Made by a program: the position numbers and the translations under genes. 64,000 nucleotides of DNA. Source: an uncultured virus (IMG/VR IMGVR_UViG_3300025034_000006). Lineage: Duplodnaviria > Heunggongvirae > Uroviricota > Caudoviricetes. Below, piece after piece: positions 31,335 through 42,085 of the stretch (the first letter of the stretch is position 1; each line of letters starts with the position of its first letter). A model generated the notes under the pieces. The model saw nothing but the letters and a program-made list of their open reading frames with translations, made no database searches and was not told the origin of the DNA. The DNA is taken from the IMG/VR virus record IMGVR_UViG_3300025034_000006; one strand, 5' to 3'.

Positions 31335-33649
31335 TAGTGTGTCTCGTGCCAAGCATAACCACACGAAGCTGACGCGTCAACTGGAAGAGCAAAGTTAAGG
31401 TAATTACCAGCTTCTAATGCAGCCTTGACACAGACTTCCATGACTTTTTCTTCAAGACCTTCTCTACAAGCAATTTGAATCTCATCGTGGACCCAAGCGC
31501 AGAATACGAAATCTTTGTCCCAACCATATTCAAGACCTTCTTCATATAGCATATCTTCCACAAAGATCAGCCACCAGTTGGCGATCGTGGCACCCATGCC
31601 TTGCAGGTCGGTGTTGAGAGCCGCGTGCTTGGAGCGCACGAACAGACGACGGCCATCCAGACCTTCGAGGAACTTACGTCCGGCTTGACGCTGGATGTCA
31701 CGGATCACCTTGTTCAGGGCCGGCAAGTTCTTGAGGAACTTCTGCTTGAGTTCCTTACCAATCTTTGCCTGTTGAACTGGGCTTGAAAGAGGAGAAATAA
31801 TCTTACCAATCTTCTCGTCGCCCGCCCCATAGAGGAAGGCGTAGATAAAGGTCTTGGCCGTGTCACGCATATCCAGCCCGGCGAGGCGCTGGTTTTCAGA
31901 GTGGATGTCACCTTCGAGCAGAACCTGCCCGTAAGCACCACCGTCATACTTCGCCATTTCATGTGCGAGGCAGCGAAGCTCGATACCAGCCAAGTCAGAC
32001 CCGACAAGCTTGAAGCCTTCATAGACCGTAAACAGCGAGCGGCACTCGTAGCCCCAGCCGCCCTTGAGCCCGAGAATGATGACTTCGACGATCAGATCGC
32101 CATCATCATCACGCTTGAAGAACGGCTCGCCATTTTCATCAACGGACTGAGCAAGCTCCTGCCAGTTATCGCAGCGCCGTCCCTTGTGCATCACAAGCAC
32201 CGGACCACCCTTGAAGATGGCATTCGGGCGGATGATACCGGTCGGCTTGGTGATCGGCTTGAGCGCAGTGATCTTGGGCTTTTTCTTGCGGACGGCCGGG
32301 ACCTGTGCAAGGTTCGGGAATGCGTGCGTCGCACGGGTGGTGACCGCGCCGCATGGGTTGACGTAGGCGTGGATGCACCCGGTGGTAGGATTGTAGACCT
32401 TGAGCCACGCCTGCTTGCCGTCAGCCAACTGGCCCATCAGCTTGCGGATCGCGAGCAGATCGGCAAGGTCTTCGGCGACCGGGAACTTCTCGACGATCCG
32501 GCGAAGGATCACGTCGTTCGCTTTGACGTTACCCTTCTCGGTATAGTCCTCATCCTCAGGCTCCCAACCAAGCTCTTGCAGTCGGTCGGTAATCTGGGGG
32601 CGTGATGTCGGCTTGAACTCCTGCCAGATGATCGGCGTGAAGTGTGCCCCGGCGCTGTAACGAGCGCGGAGCGGGTCCTTGAAGTTCAGTGCATCCTTTG
32701 GTTTGGTCTCGGGGTAGCCATACCACCGGCGGTCAGGGACCAGTTCATCCATCTCGGCGCGTTGCTTGGCGATCGCTTCGCTGGCCGACAGATTGGAATC
32801 GAACTTGATCTCAGCGGTTCCCCAGAAGTCAGGGAACTCGCCGCCGTTGACGTTCCGGCCGATCGGTGCTGTGTCCATCCGCTTCTTCGGGATGAAACGA
32901 CCGGGGAAGGAGATCGCGAGCTTGGCTTCGAGATTGGCTTGCTCGACCGTGAGTTCTCCGGCCAGCATCTTGGCGCGTGGTGCGTCGAATGGGAATCCGT
33001 TCTCCTGCTGCCGGGCCATGAGATCACCGAGACGGTGCTGCACATAGACAGCATCAGGGGAAGCCTCGCGGCTCTCGATCATCTTGACCAGAAGGCAGGT
33101 GACCTCTACGTCATTGACGCAGTATTCTTCCAGTTCTTCGGTCCACGTCCCCCAGACCCAGAGACGCATTTCCTCGGAGTCCTTGAGGTAACCCCGTTCG
33201 AGACCGATCGCTTCTTTGATCGCCTTGTAGTCGCCCTTATACATGCCGAGACGTTGGCCCCAGCTATCGAGCGTGTGCTTGCCGATCAGCTTACCTTCGA
33301 GCTTGCCGCCTTCGAACAGACGGAAGTCCTTGTCCTTCTGGTCGGGGAACATCAGACGAGCGAGGATCAGCGTGTCGCGGATACGTGCTTGCGGCTGGTA
33401 TCCGAAGAGGATTTCCAGCATGGGAATGTCGTAGGCCACGATGTTGTGGCCCCAGATTTCCTCAGCGTCGTCGAGCAGCGCGAACAGCTTGTGGATCGTG
33501 TCCTCGCGCTTGTTCTTGCGGAACACCCACCGCTGGCCGGTGTCATAATCTCGGACCGCGACGCAATGGCAGACCGTGACTTGCTCAAGCAGGCCATCGG
33601 TTTCCGCGTCGAATACGAGACGACGATATTTTTTCGGCTTGAGCTTCAA
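31334..33649 (-). CDS. polA: Family A DNA polymerase (T7-like) with 3'-5' exonuclease
   Basis: FDAETDG exo I, DLAGIELR motif A, RDTAKTFIYAFLYG motif B, WVHDEIQ motif C. Confidence 0.95.
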   Translation of the reverse strand: MKLKPKKYRRLVFDAETDGLLEQVTVCHCVAVRDYDTGQRWVFRKNKREDTIHKLFALLDDAEEIWGHNIVAYDIPMLEILFGYQPQARIRDTLILARLMFPDQKDKDFRLFEGGKLEGKLIGKHTLDSWGQRLGMYKGDYKAIKEAIGLERGYLKDSEEMRLWVWGTWTEELEEYCVNDVEVTCLLVKMIESREASPDAVYVQHRLGDLMARQQENGFPFDAPRAKMLAGELTVEQANLEAKLAISFPGRFIPKKRMDTAPIGRNVNGGEFPDFWGTAEIKFDSNLSASEAIAKQRAEMDELVPDRRWYGYPETKPKDALNFKDPLRARYSAGAHFTPIIWQEFKPTSRPQITDRLQELGWEPEDEDYTEKGNVKANDVILRRIVEKFPVAEDLADLLAIRKLMGQLADGKQAWLKVYNPTTGCIHAYVNPCGAVTTRATHAFPNLAQVPAVRKKKPKITALKPITKPTGIIRPNAIFKGGPVLVMHKGRRCDNWQELAQSVDENGEPFFKRDDDGDLIVEVIILGLKGGWGYECRSLFTVYEGFKLVGSDLAGIELRCLAHEMAKYDGGAYGQVLLEGDIHSENQRLAGLDMRDTAKTFIYAFLYGAGDEKIGKIISPLSSPVQQAKIGKELKQKFLKNLPALNKVIRDIQRQAGRKFLEGLDGRRLFVRSKHAALNTDLQGMGATIANWWLIFVEDMLYEEGLEYGWDKDFVFCAWVHDEIQIACREGLEEKVMEVCVKAALEAGNYLNFALPVDASASCGYAWHETH

Positions 33650-33983
33650 GGGGACTACCTATCGGAGGAAGGTTTTGTTAACCACAAAACGCCGTCACTG
33701 TCAATTCAAAATGTCGGTCACGGACAGCAGCGAGGCGATCCGCCGCAGACATTTGCGTAGTGACCAAACTCGAAGTCCTCGGGTTCTTCCGGCCATTCGG
33801 TTGCCTTATCGCAGACGTTGCAGCAGAAGAACAGGATACCATTGTCCTCCCACAATCCGTCTGGGAGTTCATCAGGCGTAGAGGTCTGGGTCATCATCGT
33901 TTCCGTTCATAGCAGACAAGATAATGAAAGCACAGACGATGATGCTCACCCAGAGCAAGGCGTCCGTGATCTTTTCAATGAGT

Positions 33984-34523
33984 TCAAATGTCGAGGGCAA
34001 GTTGGCCTCCATCAGTAAAGTCGTGTTCTTCTTCGTCCACCGGATCATCGTATTTGATGTAGCCGGCATTGATCGACATATTGCGGCCGATCTCCTCGAA
34101 GAAGCCGTGGTAGCCGTAATCGTGGCAAACGACTTGACCGTTAAGCATTCCGAAATTGGCGTAGTGGATGTCGTGGAGAACCGACGGGATGACACCGCCT
34201 CTTGTCCGCATCAGGGCTGCCTTGAAGTCCTTGTCGCACTTGAAGGGCTCTGTCCGTCTCTGGGTTAAGACATTCCCGTAGGGATCGATGTCTACGCAAG
34301 GTGCGAACCAGTCAGAGATCGGCCATTCCTTCATCTCCTGCCAGACCAGCCATTCGGTCTGGTTGTGGAATGTCCGGGCGGTGGTCTCGACTTTCATCAC
34401 AAGCGTCGGGTCATGGATAACCTCGTAGACTTCACGAGATGCCCCAGCGCCAATGCATTTTCCCAAGAACATTGTGAGGATGGAGTTCTTGAGCGGGTCC
34501 ACGTAATTCCAAGGATTGCTCAT
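33984..34523 (-). CDS. Minimal protein-kinase-like protein
   Basis: IGAGASREVY, VMKVE, HDIHYANFG, HDYG. Confidence 0.7.
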   Translation of the reverse strand: MSNPWNYVDPLKNSILTMFLGKCIGAGASREVYEVIHDPTLVMKVETTARTFHNQTEWLVWQEMKEWPISDWFAPCVDIDPYGNVLTQRRTEPFKCDKDFKAALMRTRGGVIPSVLHDIHYANFGMLNGQVVCHDYGYHGFFEEIGRNMSINAGYIKYDDPVDEEEHDFTDGGQLALDI

Positions 34524-34611
34524 CGGTCTCTTGGTTCCTCCATGACATCCATAAGCATCTCATCGATCTCGACGATGCTGGACAATCCGTTGTCCATCTG
34601 GATGGCGATAA

Positions 34612-36246
34612 TCATGCGTGGAACCTTCCCTTGTTGAGCGTGATGATCGTCCGCTTGCCGTTTTGATACGTGATGATGTGGCTGTGCGACCACGACGAAG
34701 GGCCCTTGTTGTAACCCATGTCGAGGCTACCAGAGACGCCACCAACGTAGGCACCATCGCGGATGGCCGGGCTGTGGGTGTGGCCGGTATTCGACTTACG
34801 GCCTGATCGGCTGATCGCCAGCGGCGAACCCCGCGACCCGTTTGGTCCAAGGTGGCCGTGCATACCGCATTCGATGTCGCCGCAGATGATGAAAGACTGA
34901 TCTTCGTTGCAGAACACAACGTCCTCAGGTGTTCCCATCTCCCGCATGACTTGCTGGAACACGTCCGGCGAACTGTTCCCGGCCTGCATCTCCATGTAGA
35001 GCCACTTCTGGCAACTCAGGAAGAACAAGGCGTTCTCAGGATCATCACGATAGTCGGCCGTCTTGAGCCACTTGAGAAGGGCTTGGTCGTGGTTGGATTC
35101 CACAATCACTGACGTGCAGTCATCCCGATGAATTTGCTTGATGAACTCAGCGCAGCCATTCAAAGCCAACTGGACATTGTTGTTCTGTCCGCCGCGAGTG
35201 TGGGCAGCAAACCGGAAGTGGTGGTCCTTGATGTTGTGGTGGTTGCGCGGCGAGAAGTCGCTGAGGTCGTGGAAGAACTCATACTTCGGCCGCAGCCGGT
35301 GGATCAGCGGCAGCGGGCGCGGATCGTGTGGGTCTCGGAAATTGTCGATGTCCCAAGCTTCCTGCGACGGGACATGGTATCCCCACGTCAGCATGGCGAC
35401 TTCGTGATCCAGCTTTTCGTGGTGAATGTCACCATAGCTGATCGCTTCGACGCGGTGATTGGTCGTCACACCTTGGCTGGTGACATAGCGATCGAGATCG
35501 TAGAACGAGCCATTCTCAAGATCGGTGGTCAGCAGGTGCCGGCAGTAGGTAGCACCGTCCGGAGTCATCTCGACCAGCACGGCACCAATCTGGTGGTGGA
35601 AGGTGGCCTTGATACCGGCCTTCTTGCGGACGTAGTTCGGTAGCGTGACCGAACCCGTGGTCATCAACTGCTTGGCACGCTCGTGCTTCATCGTCGCCAC
35701 CGATTCCAACTGGACCTTCGGGTGCGGGAAGACGCCCCAGCGAGCGCGGGTGTAGGTGGCGAAACCAGACAGTGGGGTAACAGCCGTCGGTAGCGTGTTC
35801 ATCTCGCCGCAGAAATCCACTTCGTCGCCCAGCCGCACGCGGTCATGAACGATGAAGTCATCCACAGACGGGTGGAAGCCGACTTTGGATGAACGGGTGT
35901 CGTGATCCTCGAACAGCTTCTTGCTGTAGGTGAACCCTGAAACGATGATCTCACATTCGCCCAGCCAGTGGGCGTAGACATTTAGCGCGTTCCAGAAGTC
36001 CTCGTGGATGTCCGAACTGTCTTGAGCCGAAGTCAGGATGAAATAGCGAGTGTGATCCAGCGGTTCGTAAACCGTCGGCCGGAGCGGACGGTTCGATGAG
36101 AACACGAACTCGATCTGTTCACCGAGGTCTTCCTGCACTGCAATGTTTCGCTTCATGCGATAACGCAGTGTGGACTCGGCGATGTTGAGGGCGCGGGCAG
36201 CCGGGCGGATACCGCCGTGCTGGGCGACCAGTTCAAGATATTCCAT
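34612..36246 (-). CDS. HTH plus calcineurin-like metallophosphoesterase protein
   Basis: N-terminal HTH; GDIH, HDLSDF, SNHD, MHGH, GHTH motifs. Confidence 0.7.
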   Translation of the reverse strand: MEYLELVAQHGGIRPAARALNIAESTLRYRMKRNIAVQEDLGEQIEFVFSSNRPLRPTVYEPLDHTRYFILTSAQDSSDIHEDFWNALNVYAHWLGECEIIVSGFTYSKKLFEDHDTRSSKVGFHPSVDDFIVHDRVRLGDEVDFCGEMNTLPTAVTPLSGFATYTRARWGVFPHPKVQLESVATMKHERAKQLMTTGSVTLPNYVRKKAGIKATFHHQIGAVLVEMTPDGATYCRHLLTTDLENGSFYDLDRYVTSQGVTTNHRVEAISYGDIHHEKLDHEVAMLTWGYHVPSQEAWDIDNFRDPHDPRPLPLIHRLRPKYEFFHDLSDFSPRNHHNIKDHHFRFAAHTRGGQNNNVQLALNGCAEFIKQIHRDDCTSVIVESNHDQALLKWLKTADYRDDPENALFFLSCQKWLYMEMQAGNSSPDVFQQVMREMGTPEDVVFCNEDQSFIICGDIECGMHGHLGPNGSRGSPLAISRSGRKSNTGHTHSPAIRDGAYVGGVSGSLDMGYNKGPSSWSHSHIITYQNGKRTIITLNKGRFHA

Positions 36247-36252
36247 GGGACC

Positions 36253-36993
36253 TCAGTTCAGAACGAGCGGGCCGGACTTCGGCTGGCCGGGCTTGGGTGC
36301 AAAATCGGGATGGGAGTAAGCGATGCCGGCAGCACCGGCCTTGTGACGCCAGTCCCAGACGAACCACGAATAGTTGTGGCGCGGCGATCCGGTGGAGCCA
36401 GCAACCCAGCGCGGGCGCTTGGAGACCACGATTTTCTTGTGGAAGGGTGGGAGACCGAACAGTGGCATACGCCCCTTCGAGCAGTCGTATTCGTTCCGCA
36501 GGAACATCGCGACTTGACCCTTGACCGGCTGCATGAGCTTGAGGGCGTGCTTGATGAACTCTTCCGGGAGATCACCGGCGTAGGGTGGATTGGAAACGAT
36601 CGCCTTGATCGAGGGATCAGGCAGCTTGTCCATCTTGAGGAAGTCACCGATCGTGAAGCGATCTTCGTAACCATAATCGATGATGTCGCTCGACCAGACA
36701 GTGTGGCCGAAGTCCGTCAGACGCTGCGAGATGTCACCCTTGCCGGCCGCGCATTCCCAAACGTTGGGATGGATGTTGACGTGCTGGAGAAGGCAGTCCA
36801 CGTTCTCCGGCGGCGTGCAGTAATGATCTGCTTCGATCCGCTCGTATCCGGAGTCGCCAAGCATGGCGGCGTCCTTCTTCTCCAGCGCCTTGCGTCGGAT
36901 CATTTCCTCGGCGATCGCGAGAGGAACGCCCATTCCCATTGCGATCTCCTCAGCGGTTCCTTCGCGCCAGTTCAGTTCAGGTAGCGATGTCAT
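36253..36993 (-). CDS. DNA N6-adenine/N4-cytosine methyltransferase
   Basis: YCTPP, WECAAGKG SAM-binding motif, VSNPPY catalytic motif. Confidence 0.8.
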   Translation of the reverse strand: MTSLPELNWREGTAEEIAMGMGVPLAIAEEMIRRKALEKKDAAMLGDSGYERIEADHYCTPPENVDCLLQHVNIHPNVWECAAGKGDISQRLTDFGHTVWSSDIIDYGYEDRFTIGDFLKMDKLPDPSIKAIVSNPPYAGDLPEEFIKHALKLMQPVKGQVAMFLRNEYDCSKGRMPLFGLPPFHKKIVVSKRPRWVAGSTGSPRHNYSWFVWDWRHKAGAAGIAYSHPDFAPKPGQPKSGPLVLN

Positions 36994-36994
36994 G

Positions 36995-37522
36995 TTATTC
37001 CTCGGAACTCAGCGTGGTCATCATGACACCCGCTTCTTGAAAAATGGCGCGTGTCGCGGCGAGGCTGGTTCCCCACCGTTCAAGCTGTTCTGGTGTGGGC
37101 TCAGGGCTCACAACGCGGGTGATCCCAGCCTGCACGACGAAGACGGCGCACCGGTCACAGGGAGTGAACGTGCAGTAGAGAGTGCAGCCATCCACCGGCC
37201 CATGGGCATTGAGAATGGCGTTCATTTCCGCGTGAACGATGCGGCTGTATTTGGTCTCCCGATCCTCATAGAGAGACGGGTGATCTGACATGCCACGGGG
37301 GAAGCCGTTATAGCCGACGCTGATGACCGTGTTGTTGGGCCGGACGATCACAGCCCCCACCTTGGTGGAAGGGTCCTTGCTGGCTGTGGCGATGTATTGT
37401 GCCATGCCGAGATAGAACTGATCCCACTTGTCGATGCGGTAGGCTCGGCGCATGATCTCGTCTTCGTAATCGAAGCGAGGGTCTACATCGCTCCGGCCGA
37501 TCGGTGGGGGACAGCAGTTCAC
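36995..37522 (-). CDS. dCMP deaminase
   Basis: SKDPSTKVGA, HAEMNA, PCDRC. Confidence 0.9.
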   Translation of the reverse strand: MNCCPPPIGRSDVDPRFDYEDEIMRRAYRIDKWDQFYLGMAQYIATASKDPSTKVGAVIVRPNNTVISVGYNGFPRGMSDHPSLYEDRETKYSRIVHAEMNAILNAHGPVDGCTLYCTFTPCDRCAVFVVQAGITRVVSPEPTPEQLERWGTSLAATRAIFQEAGVMMTTLSSEE

Positions 37523-37769
37523 TTGGCGGCCTTGTTGGCGATGTCCAGCTTCACTTCGGGCGGCAAGCCGTCCATCACCGCCTTGACCATGCGGTCCACC
37601 TTCTGTTCCAGCAGCCGGATTCCGGGAGTAGGGACACGCGACTTGTCCGCTTCCTCGTAAACCTTAACGATCGCATCGGACAGCATGGTGAGGTCGTCAG
37701 TGCGGGAGATGTCGGCGTCGATGATCGCGCCCTCGGGGAGAATGGGCGATGCGAGGCGGATATGGATGT

Positions 37770-38537
37770 TCACAGGAGAAATCCTCTCTTGGTGTATTCC
37801 AAAGGCTCGTAGTTGCCTTCGGTTTCGATGATGGTCTGGTAGCGGCGAATGAAGCGGTCCTTGGCTTCCTTGGCCGACCAAACACGGAACTCTGGAACCA
37901 CGTTGTGGATCGAGATTCGGGGGTGGTCTTGCTCGTTGGTGTATGGCACCACCGGTGGCCCCATGAGTTCGTCCCGTTCAAGAAACACCATCATATTGTC
38001 CACACGGCGGACGCATTCCCGGATCGCTTGATCCACCGGGCAACGGAGTTCTTCGATGATATGCTCCATCAGGGCATCTTCGCCGTCCTTGTATCCGTTG
38101 ACCGAATACTTGACCGGGCGAACCAGATCAGCGAACCCATACCCTTCTGGCGCGTCATGGATCAGGCCGTATAGAGCCGGTGAACCGGACAGTGACCAAT
38201 CCCACTTGGGGACCAGTTTCTTGCGGTTCAGGGCGCAAATGTCAGCGACGTGAACCGAGTGCTGGGCAACCGAGTAGCGGACAGGATCACCGTAGCGATC
38301 GGCAGTCTGGCCGCCCCAGCGGGGCATCACAGCCAACGTATGAGCGATCGTCTCGATGTCGATCTCGTTGCCCGGATGCTTCGGCTGGAGCGGCCAGAAG
38401 TAGCGCCCCTTGTAGATTTGGATCGCCCCTTCGAGGCTCGATACCTTGGCTACTGCCCGGTTGCGATTGATCCGGGCTTGCCACTGGCTGTCAGAGAGAC
38501 ACACAGAAGGCTTCGCCTGTGTCGGGTGGTTGAGCAT
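37770..38537 (-). CDS. HD-domain hydrolase (YfbR-like 5'-deoxynucleotidase)
   Basis: YSVAQHSV, LIHDAPE, D..RPVK. Confidence 0.8.
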   Translation of the reverse strand: MLNHPTQAKPSVCLSDSQWQARINRNRAVAKVSSLEGAIQIYKGRYFWPLQPKHPGNEIDIETIAHTLAVMPRWGGQTADRYGDPVRYSVAQHSVHVADICALNRKKLVPKWDWSLSGSPALYGLIHDAPEGYGFADLVRPVKYSVNGYKDGEDALMEHIIEELRCPVDQAIRECVRRVDNMMVFLERDELMGPPVVPYTNEQDHPRISIHNVVPEFRVWSAKEAKDRFIRRYQTIIETEGNYEPLEYTKRGFLL

Positions 38538-38616
38538 GTGGGGTTTTCCTTGGTCGGGATGGACACTGTTAAGCAGAAATGCCGGTCAGTGTCAAGCGAT
38601 AATGTCGGTGCCTGCC

Positions 38617-38937
38617 TCAGTAACCCGGAGCCGGGGTGTGCAGAAGACCGTCCACATAAAGACGCGGCGTCTCGACATCGACCGACAGAACAGCGAACGA
38701 ATTGTCGAGAGCAGAGGACGACATTGCGCACGGAGTCACGTTGTCTGTGATGTAGGTGATCTTGGCGATCGCCGCTCGGCCGGTGTATTGACCAGTCCGG
38801 GGATCGAACTCACGCAGCAGCATCCGATCGCCGATGGCATAATCCCGATCGCGCTTGTCCCGCATGTCGTGCTTCTTGCGTCCCACGATCATCTCTTCGA
38901 AGAACCACGGCCACGACTTCACTTCGTAATCATATTC
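38617..38937 (-). CDS. ASCH/DUF3850-like protein
   Basis: VKSWP.FF...GRKK...R..DRDY.IGD...LRE. Confidence 0.75.
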   Translation of the reverse strand, partial: EYDYEVKSWPWFFEEMIVGRKKHDMRDKRDRDYAIGDRMLLREFDPRTGQYTGRAAIAKITYITDNVTPCAMSSSALDNSFAVLSVDVETPRLYVDGLLHTPAPGY

Positions 38938-38954
38938 CATATCAGTTTCCTTCC

Positions 38955-39128
38955 TCATTCATAATCTGCAATGATCTTGGCGACTTCATCCTCATCGTAG
39001 AGGACTTCGCACTCGCAATCACATTCCGGACAGAACCCAAGGTCCATCGGCATGGGACGGGTCGGGTGTTCGTTCAACTCGGTCACTGGACCAATCCAGC
39101 CGCATTGACCACATTCAGTGAACCACAT
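38955..39128 (-). CDS. Small zinc-finger-like protein (57 aa; below ORF-track cutoff)
   Basis: Hand translation MWFTECGQCGWIG...FCPECDCECEV. Confidence 0.55.
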   Translation of the reverse strand: MWFTECGQCGWIGPVTELNEHPTRPMPMDLGFCPECDCECEVLYDEDEVAKIIADYE

Positions 39129-39131
39129 AGG

Positions 39132-40940
39132 TCATCTTCCCATCTTCATTGTTGGTTCGATACCATCCACACCTTCTTGGATCATCGAAATACGATCCAC
39201 CAGTGTCTGGATGGTCAAGGCGTCGATGGTGCCATCAACGACCAAGAAGTGAATCAGCACGTTGTGTTCAAGGCCGATCCGGTGGGCCCGGTCTTCGCAC
39301 TGTTCCATGTCGCCGGGAACCGACCACATCTCCACGAACACGACGACGGTGGCTTCCGTCAGAGTGTGGCCGACGCCGCCGGCCTTGAGGTTGCACAAGA
39401 TGACATTGCATTCTGGATCGGGAGCGATCCGGGCATCCTTGTCACCTTGGAATCGCAGCTTCTCAGCTTCGACTTTCTTGGCACCCATCCCACCAACGAT
39501 CCGGGCGGCCGTGGGGAACTTAGCGTGAAGTTCCGAGATCACGTCCTTGTGGATCGCGAAAACGATTACCTTCTCACCGGCGTCTACGAGCCGCTGGATG
39601 TGTTCGGCCGCCATCGGCACCTTGGACAGCGCGAGATCACGGCGTGCCTCTGAGTAGGCCGCAAAGCCCGGTGCAAGCTCCCCTACGTCAAGGTCGTCGA
39701 TCTCCGGCGCATCGAAGCCTTGAGGCAGGATGGTCGCCATTGTGTCGAGGATAAGAGCCGGGTCCACTTCTTCGAGGACCAGCTTCTTGTTGTATTCGAT
39801 CCCGGTGTTGGCCGCGTCGAGCATGGCGAGCGCGTCGGTGAACTTGTCACGCTCGGTCTTGATGGTCTTCTTCAAGCCCTCAGGCGGAAAGACGATCACC
39901 TGTCTCGTCTTGCTGGGTAGGTCTTTCAGCACGTTGCTCTTGAGGCGGCGAATCATGAACGCCCGGCGAAGCTTCTCGTTGAGTTCGGACAGGTTCGAAC
40001 CACCGGTGGCTTGTAAGCCGAACGGAGACATCACACCATCGCAATACGTCATGGCGAAGTCTTCCCAGCACTTCCCCAGACCCTCAGGATCGAAGTCGCG
40101 GATCATCGTCCACATATCCTTCGGCTGCTTCATCATCGGAGTCCCGGTGAGCATCAGCCGAATGTTCGCTGGTAGGCAGGGAAGCTTCCGGGTGCTACCC
40201 ACCCGTTGTTTCATCCGCTCATATTTACGCTTCCACTTCTCTGTCCTCGGGTCGAAGAACCAAGTCCCAAAGATGGCCTGAGTTCTCTTGGAGTTCCCAT
40301 TGGACAGATACTGGGCTTCATCACAAACCAAGATGTCCCAATGTTCTGCCCACAACTTCTCCCGGTTCTTGTGGAGAATGTCGTAGTTGATGATGACGAA
40401 ATCGGTATCCGGAACATCAGAGCCGGCGGCGACGCCCACGGTGAGGTCCTTGTCCACCAACCACTTCAACATCTCCTTGAGCCAGTTCAGCTTCAAGGTC
40501 GAGGGACATACGATAATCCCATTGGTGAGCCCGAGATGGTTGATCAGGCCGATCGCTTGGATCGTCTTACCAAGCCCCGGACTATCCCCAATCAGGGTGT
40601 CATCACGCTCAGCGGCATAGAGGATACCAGCCTTCTGGTAAGGTAAATAATCCAGCACCTCCCCTTTGTGATTGACCAGATGCGGCCGGGCAATGTCCGC
40701 TTCGGCGAACATGGAATAGGAGGCGTTCATCGCCTCTTCCAGTTCGGTCAGCTTAGCATCAAGATCATTCCACAACTCGTCGGAGTCAGACCATTCGATA
40801 TACTCGGCCGCTTTACGCCAGTCCGTTGTGGTGTAGAACCTGTTGCGCCGATCGAATATCCAACCGGCATCACGAAGCTCGGCCCAACGAGACTCGCGGG
40901 ACGTGATGATGTAGCGGTCGTGGGATTGTGAAAGCTCCAC
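39132..40940 (-). CDS. SNF2-family (HARP/SMARCAL1-like) helicase
   Basis: DSPGLGKT, DEAQ, LTGTP, QCEDRAHRIG. Confidence 0.9.
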   Translation of the reverse strand: MELSQSHDRYIITSRESRWAELRDAGWIFDRRNRFYTTTDWRKAAEYIEWSDSDELWNDLDAKLTELEEAMNASYSMFAEADIARPHLVNHKGEVLDYLPYQKAGILYAAERDDTLIGDSPGLGKTIQAIGLINHLGLTNGIIVCPSTLKLNWLKEMLKWLVDKDLTVGVAAGSDVPDTDFVIINYDILHKNREKLWAEHWDILVCDEAQYLSNGNSKRTQAIFGTWFFDPRTEKWKRKYERMKQRVGSTRKLPCLPANIRLMLTGTPMMKQPKDMWTMIRDFDPEGLGKCWEDFAMTYCDGVMSPFGLQATGGSNLSELNEKLRRAFMIRRLKSNVLKDLPSKTRQVIVFPPEGLKKTIKTERDKFTDALAMLDAANTGIEYNKKLVLEEVDPALILDTMATILPQGFDAPEIDDLDVGELAPGFAAYSEARRDLALSKVPMAAEHIQRLVDAGEKVIVFAIHKDVISELHAKFPTAARIVGGMGAKKVEAEKLRFQGDKDARIAPDPECNVILCNLKAGGVGHTLTEATVVVFVEMWSVPGDMEQCEDRAHRIGLEHNVLIHFLVVDGTIDALTIQTLVDRISMIQEGVDGIEPTMKMGR

Positions 40941-41104
40941 GACTTAACCAGCGATACGGAAACGATGCTCTTCGATCCCGTCTTCCCAACAGGTGCTGAT
41001 GCCGACGCATTCTGGCATGATCATCGCATATATGCGATCAACCAACGCTACTGCCGCCGGGTTGTCTGGATCGTGTTGGAGCGTGATGGTGTGGTGTGCC
41101 TCAC

Positions 41105-41599
41105 TCACGTAACCAGCCCATCGTAAAAAGCGAACACCGCATTCAGGTCGATGTCGAGGTCGATCACTTCCACATTTTCTTCATCGACATAGCGCTTGGT
41201 CATCAGAAAATGACCCAAGTTGCTCGTGATGTGACGGGTATCGGAAACGCTCAGAGCGCCGGCGTCGGCCAGCATCTCCAAAATCATCAACAGCAGGGTT
41301 GTCTTCCCGCTCATCTGATTTGCTGCGATAGCGATCGAGATACCAGCTTTCTGTTGCTGCTGGATGTTCTTTCGCTGTGCCTCGGTCGGGAAGGGACTGG
41401 CGTGCGGCGGGAAGTCCTTTGCCTTGTTGGCGTCGGTCATCTCTTCTTCGATGATAGCGAAGCGGTTTTCGAGAGATGCTTCCAGCATCGCTTTATGGCG
41501 AGCCGCATAGCGCTGGGCCCAGAGGTCGTCACGCATCTTGTTTACCAGCGCGTGGCAGTAGTCTTCGATGTCCTGATCGGTGAAAGCGGCGATGTCCAT
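41105..41599 (-). CDS. Hypothetical protein
   Basis: AGGAG SD; SGKTT segment. Confidence 0.5.
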   Translation of the reverse strand: MDIAAFTDQDIEDYCHALVNKMRDDLWAQRYAARHKAMLEASLENRFAIIEEEMTDANKAKDFPPHASPFPTEAQRKNIQQQQKAGISIAIAANQMSGKTTLLLMILEMLADAGALSVSDTRHITSNLGHFLMTKRYVDEENVEVIDLDIDLNAVFAFYDGLVT

Positions 41600-42085
41600 A
41601 AGTTCTCCTGATTCGGTTACCAGCTAGACGAATTAGCTTGCACTGTCAACTCAAAATTGCTATGGTGCGAACTCAGAATGTCGGTGAGTTCTCCATGAAG
41701 ATCGTAAAAGGTTCGGTTATTTCTTCCACCCCACTCCCCACGGATTGGGATGAAGACGCTTGCCTGTGTCAAGGTAAGGTCCCGGAAGACAAGCGGATCG
41801 ACGTGGTGGAACGCATCTATGACGAGAAGCGCGAGAAGCACCGCTGGAAGGTGTATGTCCGCTACCACCAAGACTGTCCAGTTCACGGATGCCACCGCAA
41901 GGAGACTGCGTAATGCCACGAGGTTTGAGCCCCACCAAGTGCAACGAAATCGAACGGGATGGGGTCATCCCTGATGAGTGCCGTTTCCTGAACCCAACCC
42001 TTCACTTCTGCCCCGACTGGCAGGGTGCCTTGATCGACTCCTCCGATCCTGAATATGAGCGGTGTGCATGTCCGAAGGCCCGGTA

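Noticed and set aside
32050..32300. Intein in the DNA polymerase
   Set aside because: No N-terminal Cys/Ser block, no His-Asn C-terminus, and too short
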